64,000 nt of DNA from Octopus bimaculoides. Lineage: Eukaryota. Of this stretch, positions 52,700 through 64,000 are shown piece by piece. The notes below the pieces were generated by a model. The model was not told the origin of the DNA. It worked only from the letters and a program-made list of their open reading frames with translations, and did no database searches. Location of the stretch: assembly GCF_001194135.2 (NCBI RefSeq), contig NC_068982.1:119851826-119915825 (forward strand). Direction: 5' to 3'. Position numbers and translations under genes: made by a program. Within the stretch, counting starts at the first letter, position 1. Each line of letters starts with the position of its first letter.

Positions 52700-55290
52700 T
52701 AGAAATTTGCTTGAGAAAATCAGATGTCGAAGATTAATAGTGGTAATAAGGTTGGTAACGAGTGTTACGTTGCCTGAGTTTATGAGAGACAGGAGTTTCC
52801 GAAGAAACTCTAGTGGTAAGAGCGAAAAGGAAGCTGGACCTTTAAGGGAGGGTCTCTCGCTTGGCAGCGGTTCAGTAAAGATGCAGACTGACTCTAGTTC
52901 TTATCCTGGTACGGCATCAGCAGATAATAGAGCAAGGAGGAGGAAGTGGACTCGCGAAGAAAACAGGATAATAATGCAGTGCTACTTAGAAGGTAAACCT
53001 AAAGGAAGGGACTATAGACAACGGATGTTAACATTTTGGGTAGAGAAGAATAATCTGAAGTAACTGCGCAGAGATTTATAGACCAAGCTAATGTTTGGCA
53101 CCAACGACTTAAGTGATTTAAGTAAGGAAAATCAGAAGATTTTAGATGAGTTGCTGGAAGTAATGAGTAAAGAAGTAAAAAGATTCCTAGCATTAAAAGA
53201 CACCAGCAGTAGGAAGCAACTAGAAATACCTTGGAAAAGAAATTCTGTTATCAGCAGGATAGATTCTAAAAATATAGGAAACTCTAACTTAATGATCTAT
53301 GCAGGAAGGTTAGTAGTCAATAGAAGATGAGATATCTCACAGGAAAGATTACAAAATAGCAAATGTGGAAAAGTAGACTACAAAAAAGCGTGAAGACTTC
53401 AAGACAAGATCTGAGTAGAGTAGAATTAGGAAACACAAGAAACGAATCTCCCCTTGAGAAAAGATACTTAGTCAAAGAGAAAGGATTTGAACAGGAATAG
53501 AAGAGTTGATACAGCGTATCGTAACAGTAGCAGGAAAGCTCTCCAAATATCAGAAAAAATAGGTCATTATCAACAGAATAGATTATTTGAGACAGACCAG
53601 AGGAGATTTTATAACTTAAAAAATAGTGGAGAAAGAAATACTGAAGATGACAAAACTAATGTAGAAGAAGCTAGAAAATTCTGGAGTAATACTTGGGATA
53701 AACCAGAAAAACAAAAAGGTTTGAAGAAGACGGCTAGAGGAACGCATGATCTATTATACATAGACAAAGGAGTACTAAATGAAGTAAAAGCTACAAAGAC
53801 AAATCGAACTATAGCATGGATAGATTATAGGAAAGCCTATGACACAATCCCACACACCTTGATAAGTAAATGTTTGAATATATTCGGTATAGCAGACAAC
53901 ATACGAGAGTTAATTAGCTTTAGCAGGAGGAAATGGAAAGTAGATCTCTTACTCAGGTGACACAGTATTCGGAAATGTTAATATCAAAAGAGGAATTTTC
54001 CAAGAGGAATCGTTTTCCCCTTTAATATTTGTCTTATGTTTGATCCCACTCTGTTTAGTATTAAGGAAGGCAAAGGCAGAGTAATGGGAAAATTAACAAT
54101 TTGCTCTACATAGATGATCTGAACCTTTTCAGTAAGACTGAAAAAGAGATAGATTCCTTAATACAGACTGTACGACTGTTCAGCAAAGATATAGGCATGG
54201 AATTTGGCATAGATATGTATGCAATATTAGTCATGAGAAGGGGACAGGTAGTCAACAGCGATGGCATCCATTTACCAGATGGCCAGACAATACAATCATT
54301 GAAAAGAGGTGAGTGTTATAAGTATCTAGGAGTATGAGAATCTGACAGAGTACTAATTATAGAAAACGAAAATTGAGGTGTACTTTAGAAGGTTGAGGAG
54401 GTTAATGAAGTCGAAGCTGTAAATACATGGGCACTATCATTACTAATATACTCAGTAGCTTTTGTAGATTGGCAACAACTGAATTAGTAAAGCTAAACAA
54501 AAGAACTAGGAAAGAATTCAATATGAATAGAGGACTCCACCCAAGATCAGGAGTAGCAAGATTATACTTACCTAGAAATGAAGGGGAAAGAGGATTAATA
54601 TCAGTAGAAGGCTACGTGGAGTTAGCTGGAGTAGGCATAGATTCCTACGTAGGTAATAGTGAAGAAACTTGATTGCAGAAAAGGGCGACAGAGTTGGTTA
54701 GTAGCAGCACAAGATCAAGAATTTAGGACTAATTGGATAAAAAGCCAAAATAGAAAAAAAAACAAGCAGATTCCCAATGTAGGTTATACAAATCAAAAGA
54801 GAAAATGGTTGCTCATACAGTAAGTGAATGTAGCACGCTGGCACAGAAAAAAATACCAGAAAAGACACAACAACCTAGTGAGAGTAATACACTGGGAATT
54901 ATGTAGAAAACAAGGATTTGAACATACTGATAAATGGTATGAGCATGAACCTAATAAAATACTAGAAAGTAATAAATACAAGATTTTGTGGGACTTTAAA
55001 ATTCAGACTGAGAGAATATTAGAAGCTTGAAGACCTGATTTAGTAGTTGTAGACAAAAGGAATAGAACGTGTCAGACAATTGACTTTACAGTCCCAAATT
55101 ATGAAAATAGGAATACCAGATGTATAGAAAAACTAGCAAAGTACCAGGACCTAGCCGTTGAATTACAGAAACTATGGAAAGTGCGGGGAAAATGTATCGT
55201 AGTAGTTATAGGTGCATCGGAAACTATCGCTAAAGATTTGAACAGATGGATGGAGGAAATAGGTATAAAACCTAGTTTGTAACAATCATG
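52700..55290 (+). mobile_element. Near-full-length, frameshifted R4/Dong-like non-LTR retrotransposon
   Basis: Myb-like RRKWTREENRIIMQCY; QQNRLFETDQRRFY; AWIDYRKAYDTIPH; KRGIFQEESFSPL; YIDDLNLF; YKYLGV; ARLYLPRNEGERGL; SQCRLY...HTVSEC; KILWDFKIQT...RPD; KYQDLA; internal deletions near 53705 and 54670. Confidence 0.93.
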
Positions 55291-55298
55291 TATGATGA

Positions 55299-55299
55299 A

Positions 55300-55370
<71 letters not shown>
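55299..55370. repeat. (TAA)n microsatellite between two R4/Dong-like pieces
   Basis: Read directly from the sequence. Confidence 0.95.
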
Positions 55371-55371
<1 letters not shown>

Positions 55372-55389
55372 CTGAAACAGTTATATTAG

Positions 55390-55560
55390 TTGATTCTCAA
55401 AACTATACCAAAAGGAGTACAAAAAGTGCCATGTCAATGTGAGAGTGCGAATACACTAGGAATTATGCAAACAGTGTGGGCTAGAATGATCCAACACCTG
55501 GTATGTTCATTACCCTTTGCCTGCAGTAGAGACTGTTCAGGTGAAACCCAAGTGAATCCT
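55390..55560 (+). mobile_element. Short R4/Dong-like RLE-region fragment
   Basis: QKEYKKCHVNVRVRIH*ELCKQCGLE*SNTWYVHYPLPAVET resembles QKEYKRRHD.VA..IHWELC...W..H.P. Confidence 0.75.
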
Positions 55561-55595
55561 ATTAGGAATAAGACCGAGCCTGAGCCAAACCAAAG

Positions 55596-55697
55596 GAAGA
55601 AGAAGAAGAAGAAGAAGAAGAAGAAGAAGAAGAAGAAGAAGAAGAAGAAGAAGAAGAAGAAGAAGAAGAAGAAGAAGAAGAAGAAGAAGAAGAAGAA
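55596..55697. repeat. Perfect (GAA)n microsatellite
   Basis: Read directly from the sequence. Confidence 0.97.
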
Positions 55698-56519
55698 ACA
55701 GCAATGACAATGATAATATTTATAATATTTTAATTTAGTAACAAATACACTAATTTTCAAGGGCGTGGATTAGTCGATAGCTTCAACCTCATTACTTGAC
55801 TGGTACGGTATTTTATCGATTTTGTTCTCTAGTCTTCTAGGACTACTTTCGTATAGTTGCTAAATTATTCATATGGAAGCTTAATAGGCTATCTAGGCGA
55901 CAGTATTAAGTTACAAGTACTAGTGATTTTAGTTATTGATAAAATAATCTGTCAGCTCGCCTAAACATAAAAACTGACACGGGAACTCATAAAGTTAAAT
56001 CATAGATCGAGTTTCAGCTGCGTCTGGCCGTTAAGAAGACATTCACACTATATCATTTACATTAATTTTATTGATCCTGTATTCTTTCGCTGACTTTTGA
56101 TTGCTGGAACTGTGTAAAACAAGTACAAATTTGACCAAAACAATCTAAAATAAAACTGTTATTGAAAATCCTTTACGTACATTTTCATTACTTTCTATTA
56201 GCATATGACATATGTACTCAAGAATAACTATTAGTGCTCTAATTATCATTTCCAACCAGTAAATTGGCAAAATCGTTTTTTGCAACGGGAAAAATACATT
56301 GCAGCATTTAGCTACGGGTTTTTTTACCATCTGAATTCATTTCTTGCCTAAGTCAAAATTTACCTTTGAAAATTTAAGGTCATCTATGCGAACGGATTTA
56401 ATCGTTGTTACTTCCCATCCTAAAAAATGCTTGGCTTTATGACAAAATGAAGAATCGCATTCTCAATATCCTTATCTCTGAGTCATCAATATCTTCATTC
56501 TGATGATATTATCGCGTGT

Positions 56520-56884
56520 CTTTTATCTGGTATTTCCTTCAGTCATTTGTCTGCCGCCATGATGAGGAACGATCTTGAAGGGTTTTAGTCGAACAAATCG
56601 ATCCTAGGACGTATTTTTTAATCTACTTAATCTACTTAATCTACCCGTCGCCCTTACTGAACTAATAAGTTACTGGGTCGTTAACTCCGGTTCTCAAGCA
56701 CAGACACAAAGACACGTACATTGATCTCTACATATATACATCGAGCTTCTTTCAGTTTCCGTCTACCGAATCCACTCACACGGTATTGGACAGTCCGAGG
56801 ATAGAACAGAAGACAAGGTGACACGCAGTGGCAATGAACCCGGAACCATGTGGTTGGGAAGCAAGCTTCTTATCACACAGCCAT
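56520..56884 (-). mobile_element. SINE family C, near full length
   Basis: Reverse complement of the head atggctgtgtgataagaagcttgcttcccaaccacatggttccgggttc; short internal microsatellite; a 9-bp taatctact triplication at 56619-56646. Confidence 0.85.
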
Positions 56885-58177
56885 CAACATAATTTATCAT
56901 TAAGGCTAAAGAAAATGTGGGTATTTTATTTCATAGATTTCTAAGATTTTTAACAGACGGTCTAATGTCTACTAATTTTGCAGGAGGATGGAGTCCATTA
57001 TATCAGCAAATTATTTGATTGATACTTAATATGTCATTTTTGGAATTAGATATCGGTAAGATTTGAAATTTGAAATTAAAAGAGAACACAACACTGTGTT
57101 GGTAGTTGTCTAATGTTCAATGATTTCCCCTCTGATTGATAATATTCCCAAATTAATCACATAATACGCAAAGATAAAAAAAACACACTTTCATGTAATT
57201 GAAAAATTTGGAGTCAACGAAGAGTAAGTTTGGATATTTATTTTCAGTCACTACAATTGTTTACGCAACGTAGTTCTCCGGACGTGCAGGTACTTCATTA
57301 TGCAATTTTTTTCATTTTTTTAAGTTATCAATTCACACACAACAGAAGCCCGAACACATAGCCGGAAGTACGTATAATACTGAATAGGACAGGGTTAAAT
57401 TAGAAGGTGGACTAGATTTATATTGTACTCTACTGCATTCTTAACAGAATATAACATAACTATATATGTATATATATATATATATNNNNNNNNNNNNNNN
57501 NNNNNNNNNNNNNNNNNNNNNNNNNNNNNNNNNNNNNNNNNNNNNNNNNNNNNNNNNNNNNNNNNNNNNNNNNNNNNNNNNNNNNNNNNNNNNNNNNNNN
57601 NNNNNNNNNNNNNNNNNNNNNNNNNNNNNNNNNNNNNNNNNNNNNNNNNNNNNNNNNNNNNNNNNNNNNNNNNNNNNNNNNNNNNNNNNNNNNNNNNNNN
57701 NNNNNNNNNNNNNNNNNNNNNNNNNNNNNNNNNNNNNNNNNNNNNNNNNNNNNNNNNNNNNNNNNNNNNNNNNNNNNNNNNNNNNNNNNNNNNNNNNNNN
57801 NNNNNNNNNNNNNNNNNNNNNNNNNNNNNNNNNNNNNNNNNNNNNNNNNNNNNNNNNNNNNNNNNNNNNNNNNNNNNNNNNNNNNNNNNNNNNNNNNNNN
57901 NNNNNNNNNNNNNNNNNNNNNNNNNNNNNNNNNNNNNNNNNNNNNNNNNNNNNNNNNNNNNNNNNNNNNNNNNNNNNNNNNNNNNNNNNNNNNNNNNNNN
58001 NNNNNNNNNNNNNNNNNNNNNNNNNNNNNNNNNNNNNNNNNNNNNNNNNNNNNNNNNNNNNNNNNNNNNNNNNNNNNNNNNNNNNNNNNNNNNNNNNNNN
58101 NNNNNNNNNNNNNNNNNNNNNNNNNNNNNNNNNNNNNNNNNNNNNNNNNNNNNNNNNNNNNNNNNNNNNNNNNNNNN

Positions 58178-58222
<45 letters not shown>

Positions 58223-58225
58223 GAG

Positions 58226-58385
58226 AGACGGGCTTCTTGCAGCTTCTGTCAACAAACCCACTTACAAGGCTTTCATCGGCCCTAGGCTATAGAAGATGAC
58301 AATTACTTAATGTTCCACACAGTGGGACTGAACCTGGAACAATATCATTGGGAAGCAAATTGTTACCAGACTGCCAGACCTGTGT
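58226..58385 (-). mobile_element. SINE family C head running into (TA)n and a gap
   Basis: gacgggcttcttgcagcttctgtcaacaaacccacttacaaggc...cagtgggactgaacc. Confidence 0.8.
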
Positions 58386-58627
58386 CTGTGTATGTATATC
58401 TAAGAACTGCTGAATACCAGATCCGAAATCTTTAGAAGATGTAAACATATGGATAAGTTCTTGTTGCAAAATTGGAAAATACCACCTTCAATGAATTGAG
58501 TAGACTCTAAGCCCCTATCCATTCAATCTTATGACTTTATTGTCATAGGGGAAATAGTTCTATTTCTCCCCTTCTTTCTTTTCTCTGTTTTCTTTTTTGT
58601 TTTCCCCTCTTTTCAACTTTCTAGCTT

Positions 58628-58719
58628 TTAGATAGATAGATTGACAGACAGACAGACAGGTAAACAGACAAACAGTTAGACTGACAGACAAACAGACACA
58701 GACAAACAGACAGACAGAC

Positions 58720-58778
<59 letters not shown>
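58628..58778. repeat. (GATA)n/(GACA)n compound microsatellite
   Basis: Read directly from the sequence. Confidence 0.92.
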
Positions 58779-59805
58779 CTACACTGCGACAAATATATCA
58801 CAATGTATTTTGACAATATTGCACCAGTTAGCAACGTTGAGCAATGCTTGGACCCTCTTCATATCAAGATTTTTTTTTTCGCCTTTTATCGATTCTCTTA
58901 CCATACCATATAGCTGAGATGTCTGAACATATATCACAACAGTGACACGTGATGGACTTTGAAAAGAAAAATATCATTGTAAAATCATGTTTAAAATATT
59001 TCACTGAATTTCACATTGAGTTTTAATAATTCGGGTATGAATCTTAAAAATTTGTATTTTTCAGTACTACTTCTTACTAGACTAAAATAGTACATTCCTT
59101 AAAGTAACAGTTTATTTCAAATTACCGAATCTACAAGTTTTTTTTTGTTTTTTTTTTTCACTAGCTTCACTGTCTAGCACATCTTGATAATTGTATGGAT
59201 CTTGTTGTATGATTTAATTCGGTTACCGTTATTTACTAGATAAAAATTTGATGGCATCAAGTGTTAATAAATAGTATACGATTGCAAATGAAAACAGACA
59301 GAATTTATGTGATTGGTGCACTGACCTATATGGCGTTTCGGATAAAGATGATAAGCTCTTTATATATTTTGAGAAGATATGGTTGTGAGTAGATTTAGGC
59401 TTTCTAGCACTAAGAATCAATGTTTTTTTAATGAACTTATTTATATTCCATGCAGGATCTTTGCATTTAGAAGCTGCATATTTTAGTATTTCTCATACTG
59501 TTGTGATCAGGAAAATCACGAAACGATGGAGAGTTTTGTTAAATGTACGCTATTTTATTGTTATGTCTTTCATAATAAGTACACCATTGTAGAGTTGGTG
59601 GATAAATTAGTGATAAATGGAAGTAATGTTCAAGTGAGAGTTGTTATAAAAACGCACGCTGTTATAAGAAATCAAATTGAAGAACACCTTCCAACTCTGT
59701 ATTAAATTAATGGAATGCAAATAGTATTTCGTTTGATTCCTATCATGGACAATAGAATATGTTTATAAATTTATTAGCCAACTCTGTATGTTACGACGAC
59801 AGTAA

Positions 59806-59850
59806 ACAATACGTGTATACAATACGTGTATACAATACGTGTATACAATA
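59806..59850. repeat. 13-bp tandem repeat acaatacgtgtat, 3.5 copies
   Basis: Read directly from the sequence. Confidence 0.95.
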
Positions 59851-60650
59851 ATATAGGCGTATTAACATCATTTCATTTCGTTGCTACAATGAACCCAACC
59901 GTTGCTTTAACATTCAATACTATATATATTGCAACGAATGTAACAAATACTTTTCTGCAATATGTATCATACTGTGTTGACTAGTAAATTGGTAAATGCG
60001 AGTTGTGGGGGTGTTCTATAAGCCATTATATCAATGAAATGAAACATTGTTCATACACAAGTAATTTAATGTTCGAACTAATTAACAATGAAGTGTTAAA
60101 TATAGAAGCAGGTATAACTGTTAACGTTACTCGATTTATCAGAAGTGTATTCATTGATTGTTAATGAAAGTGTCCTGCTGTTGACAAACATCTCGAAATG
60201 TGCTAATACTGCTCCCCACCTATTATGGTCCACGAACATATTCTATAAACGTATTGTTTGTGTAATGTATTGTTTGATAATGAATTTATAATTATGTTCT
60301 ATATTACAATTAAATTTCCATCTTGTTTGGGCAACCCCTCACATCAGTGGGATTAGATATTATAGCAGGATATTTTCATAGAGATTGTAAATACGGGGAC
60401 TTATTTTAATTGAAGAATTTACTTCAAAATACAGCATGAAAGACAATAAATGACTTCGTTTTTAAGATGATTTTCGGAAAGAAAAACATATTTATCAAAA
60501 ATAGTTTCAGCTACGACATATTGTGCTTCTAATATGGAACGCTTCCATTTCCCCCATATCATTCTGTTAGAACTTGAACTTACGACTACGTGTTATGTAT
60601 CATTCAGTCTATCGCGTGTGTGCCTGTGTGTGAGTGTATGATGGTTAATT

Positions 60651-60733
60651 CTGATTGGTTCTTTTCTTATCTATAAAACCTGCTGTAAATTGTTTTGCAA
60701 AAAAAAATGTTTTTTAAGCCAGTCTTACGTCAT
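60651..60733 (+). promoter_or_regulatory. Candidate promoter motifs: inverted CCAAT box, TATA box, CRE-like site
   Basis: ctgattggtt 60651-60660, tataaaa 60672-60678, ttacgtcat 60725-60733; motif matches only. Confidence 0.3.
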
Positions 60734-60797
60734 TTTGTTGAATCGTTTATTGTTAAAATTGTTTCATGTTTTTTAAACACTTTGTTACACTTGTTTT

Positions 60798-62339
60798 ACT
60801 GCCTTACGGCAGCGTGTTAAAGATTTCCCCTTTCGAAGAAGGGTGTAGCACAAGTATTAACGATGGCGTACGAAAGCCTCACCTCCTTGGAGCTCACGTC
60901 TTCTGAGGAGGAACTACTGATGTATGTCGAAGTAATGGAGGAGCAGGTGAAGAAAATAAATTTTGCGGCTGTCGCCAAGAGCCACAGCAACGACGTCGAA
61001 CTAACAGTACTTAGTAAATATAAAACTATGCTTTGTAGGGAGGGGTGCGACGTAAAGGTGTCCCCTTCCCAAGGAATTTTGAAAACTACCAAGGAGAAAA
61101 CTATAATATATAGAACGTCCTCCATGAAAACAAAGAAAATCGAAATAATGACGACCACGCAAGTAGAAAAGGCCTTGAAACTAATCTGGCAAGAGATTTC
61201 GTACCTTGCCAGAGGAAGGAAGTTAGGAACAGTGGAGGTGCGCTTCCGAGAGGTAGCTACTGCCAGGTTACACTCGACAACCCCTTTAAAGACAGAAGAA
61301 ATGGTGCTTCTACCCATATACCTTGGGAGGCGTACCACCAGGGTTAGGGCAGATGTACCACCAAAGATTGATGTCGCCTGGCTACTAACTGCCATACTGC
61401 TGGGCAGTGAAGATACGCTTGTGGTCCTCCAAGCCACAAGAACAGTTCATAAAAATTGGCAAGTGCAGAACCTGGATATGATTATCCAGGCGGCCCTGGA
61501 GGACCTCAGGAGGGCAGGACCCCGCGTTGCTACAAGTGTGGCCTAAAAGACCGCATTAGAACGGATTGCCCTCCGCCGCTCAAAAGACCCTAAGAAAAGC
61601 CCGTAAGCAGGGAGGAAGTCGCACCTCCAGCACGAACAAAAGAAACCTCAAGTGCTGAGGAAGAAGAAGCAAACAACGAAGGAAATTATTGGGAAACGGT
61701 CGGAAGGAAAGAGGGAAAAGGTACACCCTGTGAATGTCGAACAACATCCCACAGCCACCCAAGACCCACCCACACCCACTTTGTCCCACCTGCCCTATAG
61801 ACACCAACCGCGCCCCACACCCCACCGACATAAAGAAAAACACAAACACACAGGAGCCCCAAAACTTCCCCTTCCCCTGCCTATGAAAAAACAAAATACA
61901 TAGTGTTATTCGACGGTTTAAACAAAGAAGTCTGCAACGAGATAAACACTTGGGAAGATGCAATAACAGTTAATACAGCAGATTATACTAGGATACGGTG
62001 GTGTTTTAATTGCATACTGTCAAACGGGTATCAAATGTCAAAATTAGTTAACTACAATAAAGATTTTGAATACTGGGAGAAGACAATGGACACCAGTCAA
62101 GTACCAAAGTATAGAAACGTTCGTAATCTCCGAGATGTTTTCAATATTGACATTCTACAGGAAGATTTTGATTGCATTTAAGGTCGTATTAACAGGATAG
62201 ATGAAGTCGCTCGGAGGTGGGGCTGAAAGGCTTCATTCATCTTTTCATTTTCATTTCATTTTTCTTTCATTCGTTTTTTTGTCACCACACATTTTGTGTA
62301 GTCCCCTCTATGTTTCACCCTTGTGGGTAATAAAGAAAT
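60798..62339 (+). mobile_element. L1/Tx1-like non-autonomous element retaining ORF1 only (HAL1-like)
   Basis: ORF1-like coding with a frameshifted CCHC knuckle; no APE or RT motifs; ~14-codon possible ORF2 C-terminal remnant; T-rich 3' UTR ending cccttgtgggtaataaagaaat. The clade call rests on ORF1 layout and recalled similarity. Confidence 0.7.
60863..61546 (+). CDS. Retrotransposon ORF1-like nucleic-acid-binding protein, 227 aa, frameshifted before the zinc knuckle
   Basis: Longest non-repeat ORF in the window; RGRKLGTVEVRF (RRM-like RNP); knuckle CYKCGLKDRIRTDC at 61528-61569 in the -1 frame (His replaced by Arg); further pieces at 61652-61903 and 61903-62181. Confidence 0.7.
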   Translation: MAYESLTSLELTSSEEELLMYVEVMEEQVKKINFAAVAKSHSNDVELTVLSKYKTMLCREGCDVKVSPSQGILKTTKEKTIIYRTSSMKTKKIEIMTTTQVEKALKLIWQEISYLARGRKLGTVEVRFREVATARLHSTTPLKTEEMVLLPIYLGRRTTRVRADVPPKIDVAWLLTAILLGSEDTLVVLQATRTVHKNWQVQNLDMIIQAALEDLRRAGPRVATSVA

Positions 62340-64000
62340 CAATCTTATCTACAGTGTGCGCTCGGTGTTCTGTTTTCAGTTAGGCTATGACTGGAATTAT
62401 ATATTACTGGAATTGGACTGGTACTTATTACATTCTATTATACATTAGGAAGTAGTCTGCACTAAAATATGTTTTACAGAGTTTGGTGATGTACCAACAG
62501 TAACCACAAAGATAGAAAATTTGACTACACCACAAAACAAGGATTTAATTTACAAGGACTAACTAGTACACAATACTCTACGGAGGCTGAGTCATGATCC
62601 AGTATTTGAAAGGTTTGTTGAATGTTTGAGTGAAAGTAGACAATTTTGTTTTGATGTACAAACCATGGAGCTTGATTTCCTTCCTCTAAATTAATTTGCT
62701 CTTCTTATTAAGCATATGTTTCACGGGCTGAACAAAATTTATACCGAAAGGCTTGGGGAAATCATATTTGAAACGACTAGAAGTAAACGCGTCATATTAC
62801 AACCGTATGAGTAAAACCTGAGTATTTCTAGAGAGGATATCTGAAAGAAACCGGTTGTAGTATCCAAATAAAATTTTCAAAACCGTTTACAGAAGTTTTA
62901 AGGACCGTGGTTGAAGTTTCCCTCTCAGTATGTGCAATTCAGAAAACTGGGGAAACAATAGAATTGATAAAATATTTTGAGGCGGGTTCCATGTATCTGA
63001 AATTAGATGCGGTTTAGTGGTTTGGATTTAACTGTACTAGAAATGCGATTTACCAACTTCCAATTCAAAGTTATTTGTATGCAAATTCCATTAAAGCAGA
63101 CCTAATGTGAAAGGAAAAGAACGAAATTGTGCACAAGTAATCGGGAATAAGCACCTTCTGAGGGTGTGGTATTACATCAATGATTGTACACTTTCACTAT
63201 ATTTTCAAATACAACTTACTCGGAACTAAATAACATCAAAACTAACACAAAATTGACAGAATAAGGATAACCTGTGTGGTGTCTGCGTAGCATTTAATTA
63301 TACAGGTTTAATTTCATCCACAGAGAACTATCTTCTTTAATTCGACAGAAAACTACCCTTAAATGTAAGATAAACATGCTTAAAATATCTCATTCTTAAA
63401 TTTCACTCTATCTATTCGTTAGAGTATTTTGAAATTTGAAGTTATAATTAATTAAACTTCGTAGTTTTATAAATATTTTAGTTACAAAGACCTTTTATCT
63501 CTACCCATTTACCTAAAACTGAAATAAGCGTTTAAAATTCTGACAACTAGGGCTAAAAGTCTTCGCTCTCATTGCCATTTAACAAGTGTCTATAGTACTT
63601 TTTATAAGTAAAGAAATAGCAATAAATAATATATAGCACAGATAAAATTTTTGTCGTCATTGACATTTCTGAGACCACATTTTTCATATTCAGTTACTAG
63701 TACTTGATGTATCAATGAATAATCAAAAGTGTAAGGAGGAAGGAGGGAAAGAAAGATATAGCTTCAACATAATATTTAAAATGATTGATTAGTTTGTCTG
63801 ATGCCTGCTGTCTGTTTATTATTTATTAGCAAGAATGCTATTTCAAAATGTGTTGTTTATGATACTTAATGATGAAACAATGATAGTCCATTTATTTTAT
63901 TTTATAAACTGCCAACATTATCGCAAATAAAATAACAATCTGTACTAATATTTAATAATACAGTCATTTACTTGTCTGAATCAGAATACGGTTCTCTAAC

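Noticed and set aside
60817-61437. 206-aa minus-strand ORF
   Set aside because: Antisense shadow of ORF1 with no motifs of its own

Overview
AT-rich eukaryotic DNA dense in microsatellites, with about a dozen N-gaps, most opening from (TA)n or (TG)n tracts. The SINE families look cephalopod (Octopus-like); this is inferred from recalled repeat consensuses, not from a search. No intact, recognisable host gene, rRNA, tRNA or CRISPR array was found. The window is mostly decayed mobile elements: a mariner, a Chapaev3-like transposase fossil, three RTE-BovB-like fragments, a CR1-like fragment, six R4/Dong-like (RLE) fragments, two Penelope GIY-YIG fragments with hammerhead-like relics, and about 14 SINE copies. 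The SINEs fall into three tRNA-like families (my labels A, B, C) plus one RTE-tailed element. An L1/Tx1-like element at 60.8-62.3 kb keeps ORF1 but has lost ORF2. The most notable observations are: (1) a perfect 107-bp inverted repeat at 39550-39790; (2) SINE-B shares its 3' tail, including a compensatory stem-loop change, with the ORF1-only L1/Tx1-like element; (3) repeated SINE B-A and A-A dimers inside intact target-site duplications; (4) an R4-like copy carrying a pre-RT segment that the neighbouring copy lacks; (5) weak candidate host exons that could encode a small secreted peptide. Boundaries of degenerate elements are approximate.
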